From NCBI RefSeq assembly GCF_006345805.1, contig NC_043000.1, positions 17,422,001 to 17,486,000 of the forward strand: a stretch of DNA of 64,000 bases. The letters run 5' to 3'. This document shows positions 13,381 to 26,420 of this stretch, piece after piece. Below the pieces are notes generated by a model, which had not been told where the DNA came from, made no database searches, and worked only from the letters and a program-made list of their open reading frames with translations. Position 1 is the first letter of the stretch. Each line of letters opens with the position of its first letter. The stretch comes from Octopus sinensis. Its lineage: Eukaryota. Position numbers and translations under genes: made by a program.

Positions 13381-13640
13381 CACACACACATATATATATA
13401 TTATATTTATATATGAGAGATAGAGTGGACAAATGGCAGGATGCTATATTGGAAGCAACATCTCCAACAGACATACAAATGATGATGTTATATTTATATG
13501 AAAACATGCCGACCAAAATTGACCCACAAAACATTTGGCATCCCAGGGCTATAGAAGAAAATGCTATGTAGTGAGACTTGACCTGAAACCACATGGCTGA
13601 GAAATAAACTTCTCAACTAGATAGCCTGTGATATATTATA

Positions 13641-13860
13641 GTAAAAAGCACCATCCGATTGTGGCCTTTTTGTCAGCCTTGTCTGGCACGTAAAAGCACC
13701 CACTACACTCACAGAGTGGTTGGCGTTAGGAAGGGCATCCAGCCGTAGAAACATTGCCAGATCAGATTGGGCCTGGTGCAGCCTTCTGGCTTTGCATACC
13801 CCAGTTGAGCCGTCCAAACCATGCTAGCATGGAAAGCAGACGCTAAATGATGATGATGAT
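13641..13860 (+). mobile_element. RTE-tail-derived short element ending in (GAT)n
   Basis: gcacgtaaaagcacccactacactcac...gagtggttggcgttaggaagggcatccagc...tgatgatgat, near-identical to 47930-48102. Confidence 0.85.
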
Positions 13861-15611
13861 ATATTATGGGAAGTCTGTGCTTTCCGTAATATATCATCAT
13901 ATTATTTCAAATCTAGTTTTTCATGCATGGATTGGATGTTTTGTCATTGTCCATGCCGTTTTAACACACAAGAACAGCAGAATCTACTCAACTTTGGTGT
14001 TGTGTAGGACTGACACTGGAGTGTGTTTTACCAGCCACCAGCACTAGATAGTCTGCCCTTGACTTATAGGACTAAATAGTCTCCTTCAGCTCTGTACAAT
14101 TCTGTAACATGAAAACAAGCTATACATTCTGCACAAGCAAACTGAAATTCAGCTTGCAGAATATACATATCTATATTTTCCAAGGTGTGTACATGCACAC
14201 ACACCATTTTAACATCTACTTTTCCAGGATTTCATGGAAACTGTCAGACAGAAGTTTTAGAGACAGGTTTTCTAAAGCCTGATGCTCTTTTTGTCACCAA
14301 CTCTGACTTATTTCCACAGAAGGTAATATTTTCTCTTGCTCATCATACAATGAACAACTCAATAGTTGGTCATATTTTCAAAGAAAGCTACAAGATCAGT
14401 GCACAAATATCAAGGCAAAGTAAGGCATACAACCACACATGATGGGCTTCTTACAGTTTTATGTCTGAAATTCACACACAAAGCATTGGGTGACCCTAGG
14501 CTATAGTACAAGACATTTGTCCAAAGTGCCATTCAGTGGGATTGAACTTGAAACCATGTGGTTGCAAAGCAAACTTTATAATATAGGCATGCATGTACTG
14601 AGATATATATATGTTGTTCAAACAATGAATAGCCTTTGCGTAAACCACTGGTTCGTTTTGTTCTCTTACTTTATTATCATCTTATAATCATCTCATAATA
14701 ATGACCTTTATGACTCGTATTACTACCTCAGTCAATTTAAATGTATATATTTGTCACTACCTGTCATAAATAGCCTTTTTCTATTTGCAATATGCATTTT
14801 CGTTGACTTTTCATATTTTACCCTTACATTTCTACATGTATTTTATATTTTCTTTTCGTAATATATTTCTACTATATATATATATATATATATATACACA
14901 ATAAAAATTTATATACACATTCAATAATACACACACACACATATATGCATACATATAGTTATGCGCACACACACACACACACACAAAATCTTCTGAAATA
15001 TACCTAATTACTATTCATATTGAAATATCTGCTCTTAGTAACAAAATAGGTGGGCAGGGCAGCCTATCTGCTGGTGACTGAACAACTAAGTAGTCATCAT
15101 CATGTGATGTAAGTTTTCTACAATTGATAGGTGTCTAATCTAGCTGATTTAATTGATAGAAAGAATCCAATTTTAGCTTTCATGAAAGGTTCTGAAAATG
15201 GGCCAGAACTTCACTAATACTGTAAAATTCCTGGATACCAGCATGAAACCATGACACAGAGCTTATGCATTACTTGCCACAGGACCATCCAGGAATTTCA
15301 CTGCTTACACAAAAGATAGTAGCACACTTATTACACTATGTATATGCACACGCATGTATGGTCATCATCACCATTATTTTATATCCACTTTGCCTTGCTG
15401 TCACAGGATGGAGTTAAGTTCTTATCTGGTTCAGAGGACACACCTTCCTTGCACATTCCATTTTTGGCATGTTTTAGATGCCTTTCCTATTGTTAATCAC
15501 ATTATTAGCACTGGAGGCATTAACATGTCCTTGGCAAAGCTAATTCTTTTTATTCAAAGTTGTCTCCATTTTCATACTGAGCATCAAATCAACTTGGCAG
15601 AGCAAGCATCT

Positions 15612-15840
15612 TTAACCCTTTAGCATTTAAACCGGCCATATCCGGCCAAAAGTATTCTGCCTGTTTTATGTTCAAACTGGCCAGATCTGGTCTCTCACAC
15701 CAACCCTACAATATCGTTTTAGAAATTAACAGCTACCTCATCAAAATCTCATAGCTACAAGATAATGCATGATTAGTTCAAAACAATGTGGATAAAAAAG
15801 GATTAATTGTGGCAGAATAATGCGAACACTAAAGGGTTAA
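15612..15840. mobile_element. piggyBac-like MITE (TTAA-flanked)
   Basis: TTAA-CCCTTTAG ... CTAAAGGG-TTAA inverted termini; homologous to 3222-3413. Confidence 0.8.
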
Positions 15841-16751
15841 CCCATATCTATATCTACAAACAGAGATGACAATGTAAATTTAATTTTTGCAGTGCTACAA
15901 CTTCAAGTGGGAATGAGCTGCCCCTTTTCTACTATACTAATACTTAGTTGAGTGGGCAACTGGACACCCAAGTGCCTCTCAATCTTGTGTTTGATACTAA
16001 GAAAAAAGAATTCATGGATTATTGGGGCAACAGCAACATTTTTTACACTGAATCAAACAACTCAGCACAAGAAAGTCAGTTCCTGTACAGACTATTTGAT
16101 ATGGCCAAAAATTGCAGATTTAAAAGTGAAATGAAGTGAAACAGCTTAAACTTCCTGTAAAATCAAAGATTCTCCCTACAAATGTTTTACAAATTTTGAA
16201 AAATAATTCAACTTAGAATTCTAAAACTAGAAATTTAATGAACATATTTACTGATCAAATATATTTTGATTGCATTTGATTAAAAATAATCAAAAATTAA
16301 AAATTTTTTTTTTGAAAGAAAACCTATATTAAAACACTGGTTGTTGTCATTTAAACACTATATATTTAAATTCCTTTGAAACTAACAGACCTATATTTAA
16401 TCAACTCTAGCCAAACCAAAAATCAATTTATTAAGCTAATGAAAGGACTTCCAGATAAAAATCTGAACTTTTTATGTATAGTTTCAATAGTGTATAGTTT
16501 TATATATAGTTTCACTGTATTTTGGTTAAATTTCAATATTATAAGGAAAAAATTAGAAAAACCAAATTCTCTTTCTTACAAAATATAGAAAAATGAATTA
16601 AGAACATATTTAAAAAAAGACATTACATTAAATGTGTAATGTCTCCTTTTAAAGATATACATAACACCTGTTAAATGTAGAATTAAAATCTCTAAAATTT
16701 ATATCTCAAAATTTATGTGAAATGAAATAGAAAGCTAATTTTGTTAGATAC

Positions 16752-18236
16752 CTCTTTAGAGTCAGTCTCATCCATGAAGGAGTTGTTATGTCTTCTTTGA
16801 TATGAAGGAATCTGGGGAGAGGTCTGTGTAGAACATTCATTTAAAGATGCAGGAAAGGGTGAATTAAGCAAACTAATAGTGAGGGGAATGTTATGTGGAG
16901 TAAAAGGACTACAAGCACGCTGTGGTGTTATTATTGGGCATGAATCTAAAGGTCGAGACAAACCTAAAGGATCACTATTAGAAACATCTAGATCTCCATC
17001 AACAAAACTAATGTTAGACAAGCAATTTGTATTAGTTAATGTTGCAACTTCTGAATTAAAAGCAAGAGAAACATTTACCTCAGGCAGTTGAGCAGCAGAA
17101 GTACAGACCCTTAAACCTTTTACATCAGGTAATTGAGAAGTAGGAGTGTTAGTAAAGCTAGAAGCAGCAGATGGTTGGCTTTCTTGCATTGTTGTAACAT
17201 GAAATCGGCCTTTCCTAGCAGTATGGAATCGTTGAGGACCAGAAATCACATCATCTTTAGTTTCATCTAGAAGTGCTTGGGGTGATTCCATCAGAGCAGG
17301 ACTGCTGTCTTCTGAAGCATTTGGTGTTATCACTGGCTCTTCCTTCACAGTACTGACTACAAACCTAGATCTTCTATAAGCAATATTTTCTTCATTCATC
17401 CCATTAATTTGATGCTGAGGATCACTTGCTGGTTGAGGTGTGAGTGAGTCTGATTCTGGAATTAGAGTATCTTCTGTAGAAACAGTATCTTCATTAAAGC
17501 CCACTTCTGATGCTACAGGGTCAACTGCATCATCTTTATATTCAACAGACAAAGATTGCTGATAGTCATATTCAGAGCCACCAGTTCCAGTAGTCATGGA
17601 AGATGTTGAAGATGTTGCCTGATATGAGCCTAACAGATTTGGATCTTTTTTATGTATGTGCAATTTTTCAATCAGAGCCTGTTCAAGGTTGGCAAGATCA
17701 GTGGGAGTTTCATATTGTTCTTGTTCTGACATATGACTATGTTTATGGTATTGGGCTGATTCTCCTTCTGAGTGAATCTGAGAGGGAGACTGAGGAGGTG
17801 ATGGCTGAGTGACACTTGAAGACATTTCAGAAGGTGGCACATTGGAGAAATTTGTTTGAGGGAATGGATACATTGGTGGAAATAAATGTGGTAATAAATT
17901 GCCTTGTTGTAACTGTACTTGCTCCATTGTTTTATAGACCTGATACAACTGCATACGTAAATGCATAAAAGGATCAGCAGCATAGAGGCAAGGAAGAATA
18001 AGGCTCTGGTACTGATACTGAAGCAATTGTTGCTGCTGTTGTTGTTGCAATAGAAACTGTTGCTGATTGGGAGGAATGTGTTGTGGATATGCAGACTGTG
18101 GTAACTGTGTATGTGTTGTGTACTGGAGATTCGAATCAACAGCAGTATAACTTCCAGAAGTTGCTGGTGTCTGGGGAATGTGAGAAACTGGATTTTGATC
18201 TTGAGACTGTAGGTTAGATAACATTTGTTGATGGAC
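16752..18236 (-). CDS. WNK: WNK large exon (Q/P/S-rich disordered region, RFVV and RFHV motifs)
   Basis: VHQQMLSNLQ...QQQQQQQLLQYQYQ...RRSRFVVSTVKEE...RKGRFHVTTMQE...ETDSKE. Boundaries cgtatag/gtatct, 1485 nt open. Confidence 0.93.
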
Positions 18237-19069
18237 CTATACGAAAGATATAGTTTAAAAAATAAAATATGTTAGCAGGAAAAACATTAAAAAGCAGAAT
18301 ATGAAGGAAAACAATTTAAATTTGCACTTTATGATTTCAAGAAACTGCAACTAACAAATGAAGAATGAAATAAAACAAAATGTCTGGTATAATACACACA
18401 TAACAATAATGAATAAATATTGTTTTGCATATATATCACTGCTATGATAGTCAGTGTATCATAGACACTACATTAATCATGGCTAGAACAATTTGCTAAA
18501 AGCAGTTATATTTAATACTTCTGCAAATAAATTAGAAATGTAGTTCTTAGAAATAATTGTGCTGGTCAATGAACACAGGAAAAGCAGCTGTATTGATATT
18601 GACATGTAATGCAGGAGACACTAGTAGTTATGTTATACCTGCCCAAAAAACTTTTAAAACTGCTTTCATTTTATTTTGAGCTGTTAGCAGCAGAACAACC
18701 ACAGTAAAAGCAACTTAAGAATTAAAAAAAAAAGATGAAAATCTCTGACATTCAAACTTTGAAAAATGGGAGTTTTTTTAAACTGAACACATAAAAATTC
18801 ATAATACTAAATAGGTGAAAAAGTGACATGATTACAACTGACCACAGCAAATGTAGGAATAAGCAGTGAAGTCAGAGTTAAGAATAACAGCCTTCAGGTG
18901 ATGTTGAATGAGTGAGACAATTAGAGAGTGTTGCACCAAGCCCACTTCAGCATGCAATAGATGACATTAAACTGATGTTGATGATCATCATATACCCTAC
19001 TGCACACAAGCCACCTTGAAGAGAACATGGAGATTAAAAAAGGGAGCTTCTATCATTGTTAGTAACTGA

Positions 19070-19700
19070 GGGCCTACCCTCAGAGTGAAAGGCAGATTGT
19101 ATGATGTCTCTGTACAAGGCAGTGAAACATGGGGCTTGAACTACAGAGGACTTTCTTGCAGAGGCTTGAAAGAAATGAAGCTAGCATGCTCTACTGGATG
19201 GGTAATGTCAATGTGCACACATGACAGAGTATAAATGATTTAAGTGGAAAATTGAGTATAAGAGGCATGAAATGTTGTGTGCAAGTGAAGACACTGCACT
19301 GGTTTGGTCATGTGATGTATATGAAGAAAGCTGCATAAAGAAGTGCTAAGCTCTAATTGAGGAGGCAACCTGTCAACAGGGTGGACCCAGGAAAATGTGG
19401 GACTAAGTGGTGAGAAAGGATCTTCAGATGCTGGGCCTCACTGAGGAAATGATGTGGCGATTTGCTGTACTTAAGATGTGCCTAGCTAAGTAAGATTGCT
19501 GTCACCCATACACACAAGCTTGTCCTTTACAGATGCTGGTGCCACATAAAAAGGCACTGTAAAGTGGTCAGCATTAGGAAGGGCAACCAGCTATAGGAAC
19601 CATGCCACAACAGACATTTATAATCTGGACAGTTCCATGTCAAACTATCCAACCCATGCCAACATGGAAAACAGACATGACCACCACCACCACAACAACA
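19070..19700 (+). mobile_element. Decayed 5'-truncated RTE copy
   Basis: ctcagagtgaaaggcagattgtatgat...ggcagtgaaacatggg...ggacccaggaaaatgtggga aligns to 47150-47580, followed by a degraded tail. Confidence 0.8.
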
Positions 19701-20759
19701 ATCATTTTTATGCCTGCTTTTTCTAGATGGTAGGGGTAGGACGGATCAGAAGAGAATTTCTCCACTTCTCTTGACCTTTCATCTCCTCTGAGAAGTTAAG
19801 CATCCTGAGACCATCCCTTTTCACTTCTGCTCACATCTTCAGGCTTTCTTTTCTGCAAGATCATTCTATTTGCATCATTTGACATCGCCCAACAATCATT
19901 TTCCCCTCCTCTCTTTCTCTCTTATACATTATAGGGCATACCTTTGATGACCAGCTTTTTTCCTCAGAACATTTGTGCTCCAGTGTCCATGCTAATATTA
20001 CAAATATCTTCAACATTCAGTGCCCTTGTCTCTCTAACATGAACAGTGCACTTTATATACAAGCTTCATACATTGTTACTAACACTCATTTGATTGTAGC
20101 TCTATATGTGGCTTGCACAGCTCCCCATTTTTCTTAGTAACCAACTATTAGAATACACAACATAGAACCCAATTAAAAATGTTCTTCAAATCAATGAGGT
20201 ATAGTGGTTTGTTTTTAGTTAAGAACTTCTAGTATAGTTGTGTTACCCAAAAGAGAGCATCAGTTCAATTGTCTCACATGACATCCAAACTGCATCACAT
20301 CTATGCTAGTTCTCTCTCAGACTAGCTTCAATATAGCTCCCTTTGTCAACTTAAAATTCATATATCCTTTTATTACTTTTGGTTATTAGACTGCAGCAGG
20401 GCTAGGACATTTCCTTTATGGATTATATATATAATATGTAAGTATGTCTGTATTATGAATATATTTGTTTCAACATTTTTCCTTTTGTATATGTGTATAA
20501 CGAAAATCAAATTGCATAATTCAACTAATTAAAGCATTTACTCCCCTTTTATGTTTGTATCGATCCATATATCAACCAACCAACACAGTAGTTTTTTTTT
20601 TTGCAACTCATAACTACAACTATTCTGAAATTTCAATAATATCTTTCTTATATATATATCATCATTATCGTTTAATGTCCACTCTCCATGCTGGCATGGG
20701 TTGGATGATTTGACTGAGGACTGGTGAATATATACGAGACAAAAGTGTACGTACGCCGC

Positions 20760-21609
20760 TATATGTATATAAAAAAGAATACAAAAAATGGGATAAGAAC
20801 GCAACAGGCAGATACAAAAAGGGACAAGAAAAAACAAGGATAGGTCATTTGGAGTTTTCCTTCCTCAGTTGAGTTCCAGATCATCTTTGCAGTTTTGGCT
20901 GGTTATACTTGAGACTGCTCCAATCTGGCCAGCCCCAAGGAAAATCTAAGCTAAGAACACTAGATTCCTTGGAAGGTGTCTTTCAACTAAGGACGAATTA
21001 AATTAAGCTGGTGTGTGTGGAAGTGAAGCCTTACGGCAGGGACGTAAGAGATGATAGGTATGAGAAGGAATATAGATGTTGCACAGATGGTAGTCGAACC
21101 AAGAAAGAATGGTCAGGCTTGGCAGAACACTGTCATGTGGAAGGAGAGGAGAGAGGTAGAAGCAAAGGGTAGAAGAATTAGGGAGGGATGAGAAAGAAAG
21201 AAAAAAGAAAAGTGACAGAGTGAAGTGAAATAGGAGGGAAGGTGAGAATGAAAGGAAGGCCAAGAAATACGAGAGAGGGGGAGCGAAAGAAAGAAGAGCG
21301 GAAAGAACAAAGCAAGTGTGAAGATGCTGTTGTTTGCATTTGTGTACCATTTCTCTGTTTTTTCCATCCTTGTTTTCATATACATTCACTGCTTTCTTCC
21401 AAGGAATCTAGTGCCCTTAGCTTAGATTTTCCTTGGGGTTGGCTAGATTGGAGCAGTCAGCTGAAACTGCAAAGATGATCTGGAACTCAGCTGAGGAAAG
21501 AAAACTTTGAATGACTCGTCCTTGTTTTTTCTTGTATCATATGTCTGGATGTTTTGTCGCCTGTTGCATTCTTGTCCCATTTTTGTATTCCTTTTATACA
21601 ACATATATG
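20760..21609. repeat. Inverted pair of ~215-bp Penelope-like repeats (arms 20760-20975 and 21396-21609)
   Basis: The arms align in inverted orientation with high identity (e.g. ccccaaggaaaatctaagctaag, gagttccagatcatctttgcagttt) around a purine-rich spacer. The Penelope assignment is inferred from the hammerhead-like motif. Confidence 0.75.
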
Positions 21610-23159
21610 TACATTTCAGCAGCCATTACCGAGAGAAGAATCATATAATTTACATATTTACATAGTGACTCATGTAGCACACTGTGTATAGTGTATATAA
21701 TCATCTGTTTACAGTAGAGAGATTCAATAAGCATTTTATACATATATGCATACACTTATATACAAAATATATAATAATGCACATACGTTTCCACTATTGA
21801 ACATTTTTGTCCCTTGTCTTACATCAGAGAAAACAACAAAAGAAACTGAAATCCAAGTTCATTTGAAACTCAACTTTTTACCCAGAGTCAAAGGCAACAG
21901 AAAGAATTACTGGAGAAAAACACAATATAACAAACATACACCATACAATGGATCTGCATCAATGAGGGGATCTTCTACAATGTAAACTTTAAATGGTCAC
22001 TCGACCTGCTAGAAATAGCAGCTGAATCTTGCTTAAACACCACCATGCCATCTTAAAAAGAGAAGGTACACAGTGGATAATATAGTGCGAGATACACCTT
22101 CCAGAAACCAAAGTAGGCTGATCTGGATCTAAACAACCACAATAAACATGAATTCATAGATGAAAACTAGTTTTCAATCTTTCTACGTCTGAGTGTGTAT
22201 CTATCTTACCTATCATTCTATCAATCTATGACATCACTTACATTTATCTAACTATACAGATGTTTCTGTCTATCTATATGTATGTATTTGTCTGACTATG
22301 TATCTATTTTAAATACATAACACTTTTTGCTTCTACCTGCTAATACATTTGCAAATATGTTTAAGCCTCCTATCACTCAACAAGGACACTCTTTATGGTT
22401 AGTAGTTATTGTAGCAATTTGTGAAGTGTGAGGAAAAATAGCAATTATATGGAGGAACACCTAGCCATCTATAAAAAGTGATCACACAAGCTTCATTTCC
22501 TCATCAACAAATTAATATAATTATTTTTTGCTTGTCTTTTAAGAACTTTTTATTTTCAAATGTAGAAACACGTGCTGAAAAAGTCTTCATTTCCCAGTAA
22601 ATTCTTTTAATATGAATGGAAAATGATAGATTCTGGGAAGGAGAAAATAATACAAGTGATATAGGAGGACCAAAGTATTAAAATGACATACTGAAATCAA
22701 TAGTATAAAATTTATTAAAAGATGAGTTAATGTAGGTTTCAAAATTCATAGAAAAAAGCCAATTGTGTAGATCCATATGCAACCCACATTATCAATGCAA
22801 GTGTCCTATTGTTTAAAGAAAAGGATACAGAGAGATACCTAAGATTCTTTATGCCTATTCCTCCTCGTGGATGTGAAACCTTGCTGTTAAGAGTAAGAAA
22901 TATCAAGAGGAACCCTGAAAACCATTACATATATTTGTGATATTTGCAATGCAGACATCACAAACCCTTCAAGTCATGTTATCATACTAAGAATGGCAGG
23001 TGGACAACAAAATGCAGCCAGTTTCTTTCACCAGTCAATGCCATGGGAGTGGGTTGCAATATCACCTACTATTTTCAGTATATCATAAACAAACATTTAA
23101 AACAAAAGATGGCAATGTGACTTAACAACAATTAGTTAAGTACTAGAGGTATAGATTAC

Positions 23160-23831
23160 CTGTTGTGGAAGAGTTTTCGTAGTCAGAAGAGAATTTGACT
23201 GCAGAGAGTTTTGAGCATGTTGTTGTTGCTGTGATGTAAGCATACCCAGTAACTGTTGATGTTGTTGATCAGGTGTTAATTGATCTTGCTTGCTTTGAAC
23301 ATTATCCAACCCTGAGAGGCTGCTTACATCAGACATTGGTGTAGTGGTCATTGGTGTGTTTTGTAAGAAGATATTCAAGTGTCCCTCAGTAGCCATAGAA
23401 TTTGGTGTTGCACCAGAAGTAGACAATGTACCATTACTAGCTTTTTGGGAAGCAGTCAGTTGCGAAAGTTTTTCTTGCAGATCATTTAAATCCATAGGTA
23501 CATTAGAAGGTAAGGAATGGGACCTTGACAGCCTTTCAAATTCTTGATAGGCGTCAGATTCAGATACCATAGTCTTTGCAGGTCCAGATACCTCAGGATA
23601 TTCAGTCTCTTGATTTTCAATAGAGGCATTTCCGGTTGTTGATTTACCATCATCATCATCTTCTGTTGGTCTTTTCTCTAATGGATGGAATTCAGGAACT
23701 TTACTTACAACAAACCTCTTCTTTTTGGTTTCAACGATAGATTCTTGCTGATCATGTGAATGAGACTTCTTTGGTTCTTTATCTCCTCCATCCGAACTCT
23801 TCTGCTCATCAGATTGGTCAAAGTGAAGTTT
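23160..23831 (-). CDS. WNK: WNK exon (disordered, RFVV motif)
   Basis: KLHFDQSDEQ...KKKRFVVSKVPE...KTMVSESDAYQEFERLSRSHSLPS...KTLPQQ. Boundaries ttattag/gtaatc, 672 nt open in phase 0. Confidence 0.92.
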
Positions 23832-24187
23832 CTAATAAAATAAAACATTGACAGGATTGTCAAAATTCAAAGACAAAATTTATAAAGTGATATTTCATTA
23901 AAAAAACAAATGTATCAAAGCACTGAATCTTGGGTCAGGGGTCTGCATTTTCTTCATATGTCACAAGTTATTTTGAGTCTATTGACACAGTTTACTTTGG
24001 AAAGCTTGCTTGTAATAAACTAGCATCCATTAATAGAACAACTAAATTGGCCAGAGTTCTAATTTCATGACCAAAAAGTGGCCACTAAAGCAAATCCCAC
24101 CCTTTATGCCTGCAAATAATTCCAAAGCTTTTCACACTACTAGTTTCTCCCATCAACATTTATTTTCCCAATTATACAAATTATCAC

Positions 24188-24376
24188 CTTTGAAGAATCC
24201 ATTTCAGCAGAATGCCTAGATTTTCTTGAAACACATGGACTTGAAGTTGGAGTATTAGCAGCACTGATACAAAAAGTAACAGCATTCATAGGGTCATTCT
24301 TCACTTCTTTGATTGCTCCTTCCATCAGTTCAATAAAGCTGTTCACTTGAGCTTCAGGCAAAAGATCTTCAGCGAC
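24188..24376 (-). CDS. WNK: WNK exon: CCT-like domain 2, second part
   Basis: VAEDLLPEAQVNSFIELMEGAIKEVKNDPMNAVTFCISAANTPTSSPCVSRKSRHSAEMDSSK. Boundaries ttttatag/gtgata, 189 nt. Confidence 0.92.
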
Positions 24377-24603
24377 CTATAAAAGATCAAAGTATTACAT
24401 ACACCATAATTTGGAAAACAGCTTTCAAAAGCTGTCTTAAAAAATATCTTTATTCAGACTATAAAATAGAAATACTTTTAAATTCAAATTCTTTATAGTA
24501 AATATATTTAGATTATAACAACTCAGCTTACTTGTAAATAAAATAAAGAAAAAGAAAAGGCAGAACTAATCTTTTTCATGAATAATAAATAGACAGATCT
24601 TAC

Positions 24604-24817
24604 CAAATTATCAGCAATTTCTTCAGGTTTATCATTTTCAAGAGTAAACTTGTATGTAACTGTATTTTTATTGGCAATATCTAATTTACATTCAACTTCT
24701 TGTCCAGCTAGGTCTACTCCAAGAATAGTGAGTTTTAAACCCTTTTTCTCTCGACGTTTTACACGAGATTTTCTTCTAGATTTTTCCATCGCAGGTGCTG
24801 CAGAACCATCACTTTCA
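24604..24817 (-). CDS. WNK: WNK exon: CCT-like domain 2, first part
   Basis: (S)ESDGSAAPAMEKSRRKSRVKRREKKGLKLTILGVDLAGQEVECKLDIANKNTVTYKFTLENDKPEEIADNL. Boundaries ctctag/gtaaga. The VEC-x-L...TVTYKF...D-x-PEEIA pattern fits the second CCT-like domain of WNKs. Confidence 0.93.
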
Positions 24818-24924
24818 CTAGAGACAAAATTGCAATGAAAATTAATTAAACTGAACAATAGAAATTGGAGAAGAGAGAATAAGAAAAAAAAAAAGAAAAA
24901 AATAAGAAAAAAATTAAATCCAAC

Positions 24925-25076
24925 CTTTCACGCCCAAATTCATCAAGGATACCAGATGAGGTTGGGTATGCTAATGGAGGCTCAGGAGCAGAATAACTAC
25001 CAGCAACTATTTGCTGGAGCATTTGTTGCTGATATTGTTGAGCAGCAATTATATCTAATCCAGATAAATTAGCAGC
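24925..25076 (-). CDS. WNK: WNK exon (Q-rich)
   Basis: AANLSGLDIIAAQQYQQQMLQQIVAGSYSAPEPPLAYPTSSGILDEFGRE(S). Boundaries ttttgcag/gttgga, 152 nt, phase 0 to 2. Confidence 0.88.
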
Positions 25077-26009
25077 CTGCAAAATAAAACAAAAAATTAA
25101 TTTTATGTCTAATGGTAATGGCTAATCTTTTTCGCAAATAATCAGGTTAGGTTTGAGACAAATGAAGAAGCTTGGCATTATTATTTCATGGCCTAATAAG
25201 AATTTAGATGATTATCATAAGCTAACTATCAGGAAAATAGTGAAGTTTACAATATTGAAAAGTCAGCATGGCAACCATCAAACAAAATATATTGTGAAGA
25301 CAAAAATAGCAAATTATATTTTTAAAATAAAATACCAAGTTATTTGAGCAAATAAAGTATTTGAAGCAGAAAATTATGAAATTAGCCTTTCAAATACAGG
25401 ACAGGAAATAAATTAATCTGATACTAGATTATATATATATATACACACATACACACATATATATAGTGGTGTCAGTTTAAAGACAAGTATATTGATTATA
25501 TATTAATTATTTGTTTATTAAATAACCTCAAACTATATATGAATAAAGAGAACTTTTTATTCTTTTAAATGATGCGAGTTGAAACAATTTTAATTAGCAT
25601 AATGCAATTAATGACAGCAAAAATAAAGCCACAAAAATGAACAGTTAATTTTTAGAACATTCTAATTTCAATATTATTATTGGTAAATGAAAAAACTTAT
25701 CAGACATGGTCAAGAACTGACCAACTGCATCTGTTGAAATGCTCTTTTCAAGCTATGGCTGATGAGCCATGCTGCAGACACTTAAAATGAGACTAGCTGC
25801 CATTCTTACTATCTTACACAGGGCAACTGAGAAAACTATTGAAAAGATGAACTGATGCGCTCACTGTTTGTTGAAGAACAAAAAAAAAAAAAATGACTAC
25901 CATCAACACATTTTGAATTATGTTTAACAGATATACTATATACAGACTGTCAAAAATACACAAAAGCAATTTGATCTTGCAGGTGTGGAGTATTTAAAAA
26001 AAAAAAAGG

Positions 26010-26420
26010 AAGCTGTTAGGCTAGTTAGAAACCTTTTGGCTATGTGAAATGGAATTTAATTTGTTTGCTTATGATGGCTGACAGTAAGCACAACATCATA
26101 GGAGAAGATTTTACCCAGAGTGCATGAATAAGCATGGTGATGGCAATGTCAGTTTGGGGTTGCATATCTGGAAAAGCAGTCAGTCTTATTATACATCAAG
26201 AACAGTAGAGCTAACCTGGAGATCTTGCCAAAGACTGTTTCCATATAGTAAGAGTAATTTGGGCTGATCATGGATTTTTCTGTAAGCATACTGCAGGAAT
26301 AATTGAAGAATCATTGAAAGCAAGAAAATGCAAATGCTGCGGTGAATAGCTTAATCAGTGGATTTACATCTGATAGAATTCTTATGGAAACAGATCGATA
26401 TGAGAAGCCAAAAAGGAAAA
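26010..26420 (+). mobile_element. Highly decayed Tc1-like transposase fragment
   Basis: Remnant F-x-L-x-x-DG...GEDF-x-P-x-C...KHG-x-G...VWGCISG pattern across frameshifts. Confidence 0.5.

Noticed and set aside
22900-23085. CDIC...RW..KC pattern suggesting a PHD finger on the plus strand
   Set aside because: Split across frames with no start or splice signals; at best a decayed retroelement fragment.
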